A DNA stretch of 64,000 nucleotides, taken from contig CAVOUE010000003.1 in the NCBI GenBank assembly GCA_963699545.1, positions 768,001 to 832,000 of the forward strand, given 5' to 3'. The translations under genes were made by a program, and so were the position numbers. Shown here piece by piece: positions 24,025-35,600 of this stretch; the first letter of the stretch is position 1; the number at the start of each line of letters is the position of its first letter. The DNA is from Nitrospirota bacterium. GTDB lineage: Bacteria; Nitrospirota; Thermodesulfovibrionia; Thermodesulfovibrionales; UBA9159. The notes below the pieces were generated by a model. The model did no database searches. It was not told the origin of the DNA and was given only the letters and a program-made list of their open reading frames with translations.

Positions 24025-24165
24025 GTCTCGATGTGGCAAGCAGTGGAAGGTCTTACTTCCCCGGACTCATTGTCCTACGACATGAAGAAGGGCTGGGAAC
24101 TGCTATCCCCGTCCGAGAATAAATGATACCGCGTATAAGAACGGGCGGTCAGAGGAGGTTTACAA

Positions 24166-24525
24166 ATGGCCTGTGAGATCATCAAAATTACAGACTCGGT
24201 TGTCCATGCCCGCATTCGGGACGTCATGCAGATAGCGGACCAGAAGATGCTGGAGTCCGCTGCCATGGAATTGATCAGGAAGGGCAGGAAGGTGAGACTC
24301 ATTGCGATTCTGGAAGACTTCAAGGGGTGGGAGAAGACGGAAGCCTGGGGCGACGTCGGCTTCATGACGAAGCATGGTGATGATATCGTCAAGATGGCGA
24401 TCGTGGGCGATGAGCGCTGGAAGGACGATGCGTTCCTTTTCGTAGGAAAGGGGTTAAGGAGCACAAAGATAGAGTTCTTCCCCTCATCTGCGTTGAAGAA
24501 AGCCGAGGAGTGGGTGAGCGCGTAA
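24166..24525 (+). CDS. STAS/SEC14 (SpoIIAA-like) domain protein
   Basis: FKGWE...W.D, KMAIVGD..W, A..W C-terminus. Confidence 0.75.
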   Translation: MACEIIKITDSVVHARIRDVMQIADQKMLESAAMELIRKGRKVRLIAILEDFKGWEKTEAWGDVGFMTKHGDDIVKMAIVGDERWKDDAFLFVGKGLRSTKIEFFPSSALKKAEEWVSA

Positions 24526-24575
24526 GCGATGTGGCATGGCCTGCCCATTATAACGGGAGTAATAAAGGAGGTTTC

Positions 24576-25800
24576 ATGAAGCGAGGAAGAGTCTTTACCC
24601 ATGCAGTGCGTTGGTTGCTCGTGGTTGTTATGGTCTTGCCGCCATGGGCTTTTGCGCAGGATACCGGGGGCGCGCCTTCTGCGGCGTTTTCCAGGGAACA
24701 GCTTGAACAGATACTGGCGCCCATAGCGCTCTATCCCGATGATTTGATCGTACAGATCCTGATGGCATCGACCTATCCCATTGAGGTTGTGCAGGCCGAC
24801 CGCTGGGTCAAGAAGAATAAAGACCTCAAGGGCGATGCGTTGACCGAGGCCCTTGAGAAAGAGGATTGGGACCCCAGCGTTAAGTCCCTGGTGAACTTTC
24901 CCCAGGTGCTTTCAATGATGAGCGAGAAACTTGACTGGACCCAGAAGCTAGGAGATGCGTTCCTTGGACAGGAGAAGGACGTTATGGACACGGTCCAGGT
25001 CCTCCGTAAGAGGGCGAAGGACGCGGGCAATCTGAATACGACACAGGAGCAAAAGGTGGTCGTTGAGAAAGAGACCATCATCATCCAGCCGGCCAATCCC
25101 GAGGTCGTCTATGTGCCCACCTATAACCCGACAGTGGTGTACGGTGCATGGCCGTACCCTTCGTATCCACCGTATTACTACTATCCGCCGGGATATGTGC
25201 CGGGAGCAGCGCTGTTTTCCTTTGGTGTGGGACTTGCCGTCGGTGCTGCCTGGGGTTATGCCTGGGGCGGGGCAAACTGGCACGGAGGTGATGTGAACAT
25301 AGACTCAACAGGAACAGAAACGTCAACCGCAATATCAATCGTGGAAAATCGATGCGCAGCAGCGAGGCCAGGGCGGCCAGGGGAAGTGGCAGCATGACGC
25401 GAGCCACAGGAAAGGTGCTGCCTACCGTGACTCCGGAACGGCAAGGCAGTTCGGACAGTCATCCTCGACGGCCCGCTTGAGGCGCGAAGCGCACGCGGGT
25501 ATGGTGAGAGTCGCGCACATGCGCAGACAAGGGACTTCAGAGGCGCCAGAGGCCGGGGCGGGGGCGGCGGGCGAGAGAGCGCCTTCGGCGGTGCCGGCAA
25601 CGGCGGCGCTGAACGCTCGGCAAGTCAACGTGGCCAGGCCAGCCGAGGTGAGAGCTTTGGCGGAGGCGGCGGAGTCTCGCAGCAGCGGTAGTTTTGGGGT
25701 GGAGGCTCCCGGGCGGGGTGGTGGCGGAGGCTCCCGGGCGGTGGCGGGGTTGGCGGAGGTTCCCGCGCGGGAGGTGCGTGGCGGAGGAGGACGCAGGTAG
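24576..25800 (+). CDS. DUF3300-type secreted protein with Gly/Arg-rich tail, frameshifted
   Basis: LEQILAPIALYPDDL..QILMASTYP, WDPSVKSL, PANPEVVYVPTYNP. Confidence 0.85.
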
Positions 25801-25858
25801 GATGCCAGCTACAGAAATTTGCAGAACTTACCGCAAGACTATAGGGAGGAGAAAGAGC

Positions 25859-26833
25859 ATGAGATTGATGAGATCACATAAAAATAGATTTTTGTTTTTC
25901 GGAATGGCTGGTTCATATTATCGTGCATGGCGGTGGTGGCTTTCTCGGCCCCGGTTTCGGCTGCTGCCAAAGGAAAGCAAAGGACCTTTGCTTACTCCGG
26001 AAGATGCAGTGAAGGCCCTTGTGGATGCGGTAAAGACCAATAACACCAAGGAGCTTCTCGCCCTTTTCGGTCCCGGATCAGAATCGATAGTCTCTTCCGG
26101 TGATGAAGTGAGAGACAGGGCAGGAAGGGATCGCTTTGTCAAGCGCTTTGAGGAAAAGAACAGCCTTGAAAAACAGGGTGATAAAAAAATGGTACTTCAG
26201 GTGGGAAGCGATGATTTTCCCTTCCCCATTCCCATCGTGAAAAAAGGGACGACATGGTATTTCGACACGAAGGAAGGGAAAGAAGAGTTGCTCAACCGGA
26301 GGATAGGCAGGAACGAGCTTAATGTGATTAATTCGCTCGGTGCATTTGTTGATGCACAGCGTGAATATGCTTCTAAGGACCGCGATGGTGACGGGACAAT
26401 GGCCTTCGCCCAGAAATTTTGGAGCAGCAAGGGCAAGCATGACGGTCTCTACTGGGAGGCAAAAGAGGGTGAAGGGGACAGTCCTCTCGGTCCCACTGTT
26501 GCTAAGGCATCGGCCATGGGCTACACGACAAAGGGGACGAGCGAAAAGCCCGCACCTTACCAGGGGTACTATTTCAGAATCCTCAAGGCACAAGGTCCTC
26601 ATGCAACCGGCGGGGCATATGACTATGTGGCGAAGGGGAAGATGATACTGGGTTTCGCCTTCCTTGCGTACCCTGCGAAATATGGTTCTTCAGGAATCAT
26701 GACCTTTGTCGTGAACCAGGAAGGGGTAGTCTATCAAAAAGACCTGGGGAAGAATACCGGGAAATTGGCAAAAGCTGTAAAGAGATATGATCCTGACAAG
26801 ACCTGGAAAAAGGCGGAGGAAGAAAAAAAGTGA
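25859..26833 (+). CDS. DUF2950-type protein
   Basis: FPFPIPIVK, RRIGRNEL, HDGLYW, SPLGP, GYYFRIL..QG, YGSSGIMTFVVN; follows DUF3300 gene. Confidence 0.85.
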   Translation: MRLMRSHKNRFLFFGMAGSYYRAWRWWLSRPRFRLLPKESKGPLLTPEDAVKALVDAVKTNNTKELLALFGPGSESIVSSGDEVRDRAGRDRFVKRFEEKNSLEKQGDKKMVLQVGSDDFPFPIPIVKKGTTWYFDTKEGKEELLNRRIGRNELNVINSLGAFVDAQREYASKDRDGDGTMAFAQKFWSSKGKHDGLYWEAKEGEGDSPLGPTVAKASAMGYTTKGTSEKPAPYQGYYFRILKAQGPHATGGAYDYVAKGKMILGFAFLAYPAKYGSSGIMTFVVNQEGVVYQKDLGKNTGKLAKAVKRYDPDKTWKKAEEEKK

Positions 26834-27178
26834 GTTCTCACGTGTCAGTTCTATCAGGCAGGAGGACAAAGACCTGAACGAGTAGAAGAATCGAACCATT
26901 CGTGGAAGTATGAGCGGTATTGCGCAGTCGATGAAAGAAGAGTGCGCGAGGGCGATACAACCATAGGGCGTTTAGAATATACGGCTGTTCGTAGTCGATC
27001 CGTCTTTTGGTAGTTGCTACCACTTGGCCAGTCGGAGAAGAGTCAGGAAGGGTCTTGTCTGCAATGTACACCCGATATAAAACACCATGGATGTCATTCA
27101 GAGGATGTTGCTGATCATACGTATCATAGTCCTGCCGTAAGCGCAACGGATCTGCCATTGTCTTCTCAGTGGAGAGCT

Positions 27179-27514
27179 TCAGAACAGAAGCGGTTTGAAC
27201 TTGGCGAGAATTGTTGCAACAGATGTCGGTGAAATGCGGTCGACGATCTTCATTTTTCGAGCCTGCCAGTCGATAGAGCGGATCTGGTCGGCGATGGCGA
27301 CCCCAGAGGTCTTCTTGGCACCCTCAAGGCTGACTTCAAAAGGATATCCTTTGACACTCGTCGTGATGGGACATACGAGGCAGAGACCGGATGCCTTATT
27401 GTAGAGTTCGGGCGACAGAACTACAGCCGGTCTATATCCTGCTTGCTCGTGTCCTAATGTGGGATCAAAACTCAAAAGGATGATATCTCCGCGGTTGGGA
27501 ACTGCCCTCATCAA
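27179..27514 (-). CDS. mazF: MazF/PemK endoribonuclease toxin
   Basis: RGDII..SFDPTLGHEQAGYRPAVVLS, CPITT, DQIRSIDWQAR. Confidence 0.92.
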   Translation of the reverse strand: MMRAVPNRGDIILLSFDPTLGHEQAGYRPAVVLSPELYNKASGLCLVCPITTSVKGYPFEVSLEGAKKTSGVAIADQIRSIDWQARKMKIVDRISPTSVATILAKFKPLLF

Positions 27515-27759
27515 ATAAGCTCCTTCCCAACAGGACGTCCGAAGTCAATCTCATGATGTCGGTTCTGAGGGGTAATCTTTTTCACAAGCTCCTTTAAGGA
27601 ATACTCCTTTTTCCCCACCGGCTTGATCATTATCCCCTCATCGGCTTCATCAATCTCAATGACAGAGTCAACGCAGATCCCAGCCCTCTTAGCCAGGGCT
27701 CGTGGTATCCTCACGCCGATACTATTGCCCCATTGAGCGGCCTTCGTAATCATAGACAC
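27511..27759 (-). CDS. mazE: MazE/AbrB-fold antitoxin
   Basis: QWGNSIGVRIP, YSLKELV..IT..N.H.EID.G.PVGKE; overlaps toxin start. Confidence 0.9.
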   Translation of the reverse strand: MSMITKAAQWGNSIGVRIPRALAKRAGICVDSVIEIDEADEGIMIKPVGKKEYSLKELVKKITPQNRHHEIDFGRPVGKELI

Positions 27760-27789
27760 ACCTCCTGTGTACGGTTACTCTGAAAAGTA

Positions 27790-27808
27790 GTATATCCCAT
27801 GGATATAC
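27790..27808. promoter_or_regulatory. Perfect palindrome upstream of mazE, likely TA auto-repression operator
   Basis: GTATATCC-cat-GGATATAC. Confidence 0.6.
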
Positions 27809-27943
27809 AAAATAACAAGATCCTTGGCGAGGCATACACCTGAGAACCAACACAAAAAATATATTGAAATTATTGAGGAATACTGGTACAAATATGCATG
27901 GTTGAGTGTTATATGGATGAGACCACCCGTTGTTATTTTTCAC

Positions 27944-28012
27944 GCTTAACTTTTCTTACGCTTTATGGTCTTGATCGTGGGAAAGGCTATCGAAATAATG
28001 GGATGTGTCCCC
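27944..28012 (-). repeat. Right copy of ~69-bp imperfect inverted repeat (partner 6795-6862)
   Basis: Reverse complement ggggacacatcccattatttcgatagcctttcccacgatcaagaccataaagcgtaagaaaagttaagc. Confidence 0.85.
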
Positions 28013-28053
28013 AGTATCTTTACTAACCAAATCCCTTTCCAGAGCGAATAGTA

Positions 28054-28710
28054 ATGGTTTCGCGGCGATTAGCGTCCGGTGATGGAGAGAAGGTCAACTG
28101 GAGCGGCAGGATAATGTCGGTCCAGCCACGGATTGGCCTAATGCGTTCATTTGACCAAAGGAGTCATAGCTATCTTGGGTTCATTATCGGGATTCAAGGG
28201 GTTGTTGAGCCGACAGAAAGGGCTTTCGAGGTCGCCATCGGCAAGGGAGCACATGAAAAACACCAGTTTCGGATCGATGACCATGTGAGCGGAAAATCGC
28301 GACTCGTGAGAGACCCTCGGACCGAGGTTGCACAATTCTATAAGACCAGTGAGTTGAGAGTATTGGAGCGTGGATCCCGCTCGGACGACCAGCCGCCTCC
28401 TTGGCATGATATTCCTCCGGCGTTGGAAGTATATCGTCAGAGGGGACACCGAAGACTGGATTTCAGAACCTACGAGGCTAAATGCAGGAGCTGTATGTGG
28501 GGATGTCGCATGGCTGTGGAGATCATCATCGATCAATGGAACCCGGGAAAGAAGAAATATCGGCTTGAGACATTCTGCTATGGTCCTAAGTTATGTCTAT
28601 TCTACAAGGCTGGGCCGACTCGAAAGGTTCCGGGCCGACGTGGAATGACTTGGGAGGAAGAAGACTGGGTGGACGAAGATGCTGTTTCTCACAGAGGAAT
28701 GGATGAATGA
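28054..28710 (+). CDS. Hypothetical protein with Cys cluster (C..C.WGC...CYGP..C)
   Basis: Intact 218-aa ORF; function not recognised. Confidence 0.7.
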   Translation: MVSRRLASGDGEKVNWSGRIMSVQPRIGLMRSFDQRSHSYLGFIIGIQGVVEPTERAFEVAIGKGAHEKHQFRIDDHVSGKSRLVRDPRTEVAQFYKTSELRVLERGSRSDDQPPPWHDIPPALEVYRQRGHRRLDFRTYEAKCRSCMWGCRMAVEIIIDQWNPGKKKYRLETFCYGPKLCLFYKAGPTRKVPGRRGMTWEEEDWVDEDAVSHRGMDE

Positions 28711-29164
28711 AGGGATGCACTCATAACACCTGAAAGTCCTCACGTCAGCTATCTCTTCAAGTGTTTCTATTTCCGATAGTAATGTTGAGAGTCAGCAGGA
28801 AAAAGAAAACCGGGATGTGTCCCCAATATTTTCCAAAGACCTGACCGCAATATTCTAATACAGGTCTACTTGTGGAAGGGGACAACTTTCTTCTCCTTAA
28901 AGCCCCCTCTTTTGTCCACCTGAGTATTTGCCAAAAAAATGACTTGAGCAATGGAAAAGGGGACAGGCTGCATTTCTGGCAATTACCTAGTTGTTTCCGC
29001 TCGTACACTTCAGCCAGGTCAAAATACTTATAGGCGTTTGTTACTGTGAGCAGTCATTCTGCGCGACCCACTAATAAACAGATATTTAAAAAAGAAGCTT
29101 TGCCATGCGTGTTGATGGGGTAGCCAATTCAACCGCAATTCCAGGTGGACGGGGCACTATCCGC

Positions 29165-29792
29165 CTACCAGAGGCCTGGGAGGAGGCGGTGGCGCACTAT
29201 GGCGGCGTAGGCAGACCATCCGGCATCTTGAGAGAGTATCCGCTCCTCGGCATGGATGCGGTAGAGCAGCGACGCCCACCCCGCCATCACCAGCAGCGCA
29301 GTGCCGAAATTCCATTCCTGAAGGTTGTACCCGATGTCCGCAAGCACGTAGGCCAGATACATCGGATGACGCACGAGCCGGTAGGGGCCTCTCGTCACCA
29401 GACCCCGCAAGGCCGGGAAGACCCCGAACCGTCTGCCCAGGCTGAGGAGGCTGGCAAGGCTCAGACACGCCGCGAGCGTCACGAGGACAAGCCCGCCCGC
29501 TGGCCACGCAGGGTCGCCGGGCACCCACCGAAGATACACCACCTGGGCGTACGGGTAGGCATACGCTACGACGACAGCTGCGCTGGACGGCAGCGAGTGA
29601 TCCTGTCACCTCAGGCGGACGCCGCGTGAGGGCGATCCCGAGAACCAGGAGGTGCTGTAAGACGTAGATCCAATCTACGATCGTGAAGGTGGGCGTCAGG
29701 AGAAAGAGGAGGGCAAACTCCACCGATGTGACACCGAACAGGAGGAAATCGCCGAGCCTTCGCCCGGATATTCCGGAGACATGCGGCCTCAC
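29165..29792 (-). CDS. Isoprenylcysteine carboxyl methyltransferase-like membrane protein, frameshifted
   Basis: LVTRGPYRLVRHPMY, RIHAEERIL, Y...VR.RLLPG. Confidence 0.8.
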
Positions 29793-29947
29793 TTCAATAG
29801 TAGGACAGCATGATTCTTTTCATAAGTATCGTATGCAATCTCAGTCTGAAGAGTATCGGCGTTCCCTTGGCGATCTGAGGTGACCGGCAGCTCTTTTTGT
29901 CTCGCTGCTCACGCTTCTTTGCAGCGCAGATCGTGTACTGCCACAGG

Positions 29948-30514
29948 CTAGTTAAGTTTAGAATCCTTGTAGTATTTTGTGCCTTTTGCCGTGACCTCGG
30001 CAGCCAGTCCGGTATCGGTGAGCTGATACATCCACACACCAGGAGACACAGAGGTCGCTCCAGTCAGGGCGCCTCCCTTCTCTCCGGCCTTTGCTGACGC
30101 GGTCGCCTGGCCGCCAAACTCCCACCCCTGGTTAATGAAATTACTCAATGCCTGCTCTGTCTCAAAGACGAATACGACGCTGAACTTCTTGACCCCTATG
30201 CCAAGGCCTGCCTGGATTTCCGCCATCTTCATGAAGGTCTCCTTTTTGCTGGCCCTGTTTACCGCTAAACCGCTGCCTGAACCGCTGCCCGCGAGAAATA
30301 TCTTCATGCCAAAGTTACTGAAGACGGCATAGCCTTTTGCGTTCTCGACAGCAGCCTTTGCGCCCGGCTGGATGCCATAAAGCTTGTTCAGCGTCTGTTG
30401 CGCCATTGTGCGAATCTCCCGGCGTCTTTCCTCATTCTTGTCTGCTGCCAACGCGAATGAATTGAGCCCGACTACTATCAGGGTAACAGCGATACACCAT
30501 CCTGCGATTCTCAT
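29948..30514 (-). CDS. YSC84/SYLF-related secreted protein
   Basis: Signal peptide; AKGYAVF, GSGSG.G, AGLGIG, GWEFGGQA, GTKYYKD. Confidence 0.75.
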   Translation of the reverse strand: MRIAGWCIAVTLIVVGLNSFALAADKNEERRREIRTMAQQTLNKLYGIQPGAKAAVENAKGYAVFSNFGMKIFLAGSGSGSGLAVNRASKKETFMKMAEIQAGLGIGVKKFSVVFVFETEQALSNFINQGWEFGGQATASAKAGEKGGALTGATSVSPGVWMYQLTDTGLAAEVTAKGTKYYKDSKLN

Positions 30515-30688
30515 CTGATTTCGTCCCATGATTCTATCTCCTTGAGCAATTGTCTTTTGATTTCCTTATAGCACTTCGCTTGTTCGTTGTCAATTCCATG
30601 GGTTTTGATACAATGACAAATAGGGAACAGACAGCATGAATTTTTGTGGCCTTGATGTCGAAGGGCGGAGTCTCAGAAGGAGAAGAAC

Positions 30689-33480
30689 ATGAATAGTGGC
30701 GCAGAAAAAAAGAGACTTGATGAGGCACGGGAGCAGGGGGTTTTGTGGAAGCAAGTGGGGGCCATACCTCAGTGAACGGCAGTGGGGTACGGTGCGCGAG
30801 GACTATAGCGAGGGGGGTGACGCATGGAATTTCTTCACCCACGATCATGCCCGCTCGCGCGCCTACCGCTGGGGCGAGGACGGCATCGCCGGCATTTCCG
30901 ATGACAAAGCAGCACCTCTGCTTTGCGCTGGCCCTCTGGAACGGGAAGGACCCGATCCTCAAGGAGCGGCTCTTCGGCCTCACCAACAGCGAGGGCAATC
31001 ACGGCGAGGACGTCAAGGAATATTATTTCTATCTCGACAGCACGCCGACCCACTCCTACATGAAGTATCTCTACAAGTACCCCCAGTCGGCCTTTCCTTA
31101 CGCCGACCTGGTTGAGACGAACCGCCGGCGCAATCGCGGAACGACATGGAGTATGAGCTCCTCGACACCGGCGTCTTCAATGACGACCGCTACTTCGACG
31201 TCTTTGTTGAGTATGCCAAGGCAGGTCCGGAAGACATCCTGATAAAGATCACGGCAGCCAACCGGGGACCGGAGGCGGCAGAACTGCACCTCCTGCCGAC
31301 GCTCTGGTTCCGGAACGACTGGGCGACGTGGATCGCCGAATCCAACAGGGCTGCCGAGAAACCAGACCTCAGGCAGATCACCCCCTCTCAATCCCCCCCT
31401 TACCAAGGGGGGGCAAAGGGGGGTATGAGCGCGGTCGCGGCAACGCATTCACTGCTGGGTGAATTCATTTTTTCCTGCGAAGGCGAGGTGCCGCTGCTCT
31501 TCACCGATAACACAACGAACAACGAGCGGCTCTTTCCCGGCCTGCCCAATGACAGCCCGTACGTAAAGGACGGGATCAACAACTGCGTGGTGCAGGGCAA
31601 TAAGGCTGCAGTGAATCCCGAAAAGCAGGGCACCAAGGTCGCGGCACACTACCAGGTCAAGGTCGGCGCCGGTCAGACCACGGTGGTCCGCCTGCGGCTG
31701 TCCAAACAGTTCTCCGAACCAAGAAGGGGCGGTAAGCCCTTTGGAAAGGATTTTGATGCAGTCTTTGCTGACAGGCTTCGCGAAGCCGATGAGTTTTACA
31801 AGTCTGTGACGCCGCCATCAGTGAGTGAAGACGCTGCAAACGTCATGCGCCAGGCCATCGCCGGCATGCTCTGGTCCAAGCAGTTCTTCTTCTTCGACGG
31901 TGACAACTGGCTGGACGAGCACCACTCCAACCCTCTCCATACCGGATATCGAAACGCCCGGAACTCGGAGTGGTTCCACATGCTGAACGAGGACGTCGTC
32001 TCGATGCCCGACAAGTGGGAGTACCCCTGGTACGCGGCCTGGGACCTGGCCTTCCACACGCTCCCGCTTTCGATCGTGGACCCCGACTTCGCCAAGGAGC
32101 AGATGAAACTGATGCTCAAAGGCGTCTACCTGCACCCCAGCGGCCAGATGCCGGCCTATGAGTGGAACTTCAGTGACGTGAACCCCCCGGTCCACGCCTG
32201 GGCGACCTTGTTCCTGCACCTGACCGAGCAGGCCCTGCGCGGCGAGACCGATCTCGATTTCCTCAGGGCGACGTTCAACAAGCTGCTGCTGAACTTCACC
32301 TGGTGGGTGAACCGCAAGGACCGGTTCGGCAAGAACGTCTTCGAAGGGGGCTTCCTCGGCCTGGACAACATCGGCATTTTCGACCGCAGCGCCCCTCTGC
32401 CCACCGGCGGCCACCTCGAACAGGCGGACGGCACGGCCTGGATGGCCTTCTTCAGCCAGAACATGCTGGAACTGGCGTTTCAGCTCTCCCTTCACGATCC
32501 CATTTACGAAGACATGATCGTGAAGTTCGCCGAGCACTTTTACTACATCGCCGCGGCAATGAACAAGCCCGGTCAGGAAGGCATGTGGGACGACGAGGAC
32601 GGCTTCTACTACGACATCCTGCGGCTCCCCGACGGCAGCGCCACGCGGCTCAAGGTGCGCTCGATGGTTGGGCTCCTGCCCCTGTGCGCCACGACCGTAA
32701 TCGAGGCTGCGTGGCGGGAGCGCATGCCGCGGGCGATGGCTCAGGTCACGAAGCGCCTGTACCGGATGCCCGAGCTTTTGGAGACTATGCACCCCACCGG
32801 TCCGGGACACTTTGGCGTGGCGGACCGGGGGATCCTGGCCCTGGTCAACCCGGAGCGGCTCCGCCGGATCCTTACGAAGATGCTCGACGAGAACGAGTTC
32901 CTGAGCCCCTACGGCATCCGCTCGATCTCCAAGTTCCACGAGCAGCACCCGTATGTCTTCCACGTGAATGGCCAGGAGTACCGGGTGGACTATTTGCCGG
33001 CCGAGTCGAACACCGGCATGTTCGGCGGCAATTCCAACTGGCGGGGACCTATCTGGATGCCGGTGAACGCCGTCATCATCCGGGCCCTCCTGCAGTACTA
33101 TCTTTACTATGGCGACAACTTCAAGATCGAATGCCCCACGGGTTCAGGGAAGATGATGAACCTCTTTGAGGTGTCCAAGGAGATCGCGGACCGGCTGAGC
33201 CGGATCTTTCTGCGGAATGAACAGGGCAAGCGTCCGGTGTATGGAGGCTCGGAGAAGTTCCAGAGCGATCCCCACTGGCGCGACCACATCCTATTCTACG
33301 AATACTTCCACGGCGACAACGGCGCAGGGCTTGGTGCAAGCCACCAGACAGGCTGGACCGGACTTGTGGCCAAGATGATCCAGCTTTACGGCCTCCTGGA
33401 TCCCAAGCAGTGCCCTGGAGGTGGGCAAAGAAGCTGCGTTCGTGAAGGGCGCCCCGGAAGCCGGGGCGGCAAAGAGATGA
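30689..33480 (+). CDS. MGH1-like / GH63 glycoside hydrolase, several frameshifts
   Basis: [70 protein letters not shown]. Confidence 0.9.
31378..31425. repeat. Short GC palindromic REP-like element inside the GH63 reading frame
   Basis: CCCCCTCTCAATCCCCCCCTTACCAAGGGGGGGCAAAGGGGGG, nested inverted repeats, encodes [16 protein letters not shown]. Confidence 0.6.
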
Positions 33481-34962
33481 GGACATGGCCTAAGCATCCG
33501 GTCATTTATGAGATCAACACATGGGTGTGGCTGGGTGAGCTGAGCCGGAAATACCGGAAGTCCGTGAACCTCGCCACGGTCCCGGAGCAGGAGTGGGATG
33601 CCATCGCTGCTCATGGATTTGATGCGGTCTGGTTCATGGGCGTCTGGGAGCGGAGCCCTGCTGGCATCGCCATTGCGAATCCAGAACAAAGGTCTTCTTG
33701 AAGACTTCCGACGGGCCCTTCCTGACTTTCGCCCGGAAGACAATGTTGGATCTCCCTATTGCGTGCGGCGCTACGTTGTCGATGAACACCTCGGCGGTCC
33801 GAAGGGGCTTGAAGCAGCGCGTAAAGCTCTCGCAAAGCGCGGCATTCTTCTCATCCTGGATTTTGTGCCGAACCATGTCGCTCCTGACCACCCGTGGGTC
33901 CTGAAGCATCCCGAATACTTCGTTCAGGGGAACGCCGACGATGCCAGGAGACGATCCGGCGTCCTTCGTTGAGGCGGGAGGGAAGGTGTTTGCCTGCGGC
34001 AGGGACCCTTACTTCCCGGCATGGCCAGATGTGCTCCAACTGAACGCCTTTGATGCGCGGTTTGCGTCAGGCGGTCATCGAGACAGCTCGGAAAGCATCG
34101 CCGATCAGTGCGACGGCATCCGCTGCGACATGGCCATGCTCATGCTGAACAGCATCTTCGAGCGTACCTGGGGAGCTCGGGCAGGCCAAAAGCCCGACAA
34201 CGACTACTGGACTACGGTCATTGCGGCCATCAAAGCGAAGTATCCCGAGTTCAGGTTCATCGCCGAGGCATACTGGGACCTCGAGTGGGAACTGCAACGG
34301 CAGGGTTTTGATCACTGCTACGACAAGAAACTCTATGACCGGATGGAACATAAGAATGCCGAGAGCGTGCGGATGCACCTCCTTGCAGATCTCTCTTACC
34401 AGCAAGGGATGGTCCGGTTCATTGAGAACCATGACGAGCCGAGGGCTGCAGCCACGTTTCCGGACGGTAAAGGGCGCGCTGCAGCCGTGGCGATCCTCAC
34501 TCTCCCTGGGGCCAGGCTGCTGCACGAGGGGCAGTTCGAGGGACTGAAGGTGAGGTTGCCAGTTTTTCTCGCGCCGTCGCCCCGCAGAGCCGGTCGATCA
34601 TGACCTCGTGGCCTTCTGCCACAATCTCCTGAAAGCGATTAATCATGATGTTTTCAGGAATGGCCAGTGGCTCCTCTGTGAGCGGAGCGGCTGGCCCGAC
34701 AACCAGGGCTATTTGAACATTCTCAGCTGGTGCTGGGTCCAAGGACGGGGAGCGTTACCTTATCATTATAAATTTCTCAGAGGCACCCTCACAGGCCCGC
34801 ATTCAGGTGCCGTGGGATGAACTGAGGGGAAAGACATGGCACCTCGTTGACGCCCTGTCGGGTGAAACCTATAAAAGGGACGGTAATGACCTGAGGGATC
34901 CAGGCCTGCACATTGATCTCGGAGCGTGGGATTGGCATTTCTTCTGCATACAACCTTCGTAA
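33477..34962 (+). CDS. Alpha-amylase family (GH13) glycoside hydrolase, several frameshifts
   Basis: YEINTWVW, LDFVPNH, DGIRCDMAM, FIAEAYW, RFIENHDE; ATGA overlap with GH63 stop. Confidence 0.88.
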
Positions 34963-35077
34963 TATCCCGAAGGACGGGCATCGACTAAGACTGCTTAACA
35001 GAACAAAGGGAGAAATATCTTGACTCTGTTCCTTAGAGGAGGAAGGACAAAACACCTTTTTCAGAAAACATCTGACC

Positions 35078-35211
35078 GCACGGAAATTTAAATAAGTAAC
35101 ATAAGCAATATAATTGTTACTCAAAGCTTTAAATCAAATACTTATGTTCAACTCCAGATCAGAAACTCTGTGCAAAAATGGATTTGGGCAGTCCTACGCC
35201 CAGGCCCCCTG
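35078..35211 (+). repeat. Copy 1 of ~134-bp diverged direct repeat (copy 2 at 46873-47006) containing AGTAACA-N13-TGTTACT palindrome (35095-35121)
   Basis: Ungapped hand alignment at offset 11795: 67/97 identical over 35115-35211. Confidence 0.75.
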
Positions 35212-35235
35212 TATTGAGGAAGAAAAAGGGGTATT

Positions 35236-35427
35236 TCATGCATATTCGCCCACAGGGTTTCGACCATTAACCTCTTTTATCTTGCTGGAATCCTTAACGA
35301 AGAAAGGACATTTCTTGTATCCCCTGGTCCTGCAGTATTCGTGGAGTTGAAACACGCTGGGCACATAGATCCTGCCATCGATTTTACAGGTCGCCACTAT
35401 CCAATGATTTAAGTGGGGGCATTTCAT
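35236..35427 (-). CDS. Small Cys4 protein (C-x10-C-x17-C-x7-C), paralog 1
   Basis: MKCPHL...C...EYC.......CPFF; GGAGGAG RBS. Confidence 0.65.
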   Translation of the reverse strand: MKCPHLNHWIVATCKIDGRIYVPSVFQLHEYCRTRGYKKCPFFVKDSSKIKEVNGRNPVGEYA

Positions 35428-35600
35428 GATCTCCTCCAAGTGGGGATGGCTGGCAGCCGTCCGAGCTCCTGCAACGGAAGTCCCTTTATCGAGGGAACCT
35501 CGATCCTGATGCGGCCTGGAACATGGTGTACTATCCTGTACTGAATCACCTCTCATTCTCCTCCTTCTTTTTCTCATTACGGACATTAAACCACCCTTGT

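Noticed and set aside
25400-25800. GGC-rich stretch as tandem repeat or CRISPR
   Set aside because: Low-complexity Gly/Arg tail of the DUF3300 protein; no repeat-spacer array seen anywhere in the window
26838-27158. 106-aa ORF downstream of mazF
   Set aside because: No recognisable motif; cannot support a gene call
31146-33701. 851-aa GH63-amylase fusion ORF
   Set aside because: A frameshift near 33410 runs GH63 into the amylase frame; the native stop/start overlap ATGA is at 33477-33480
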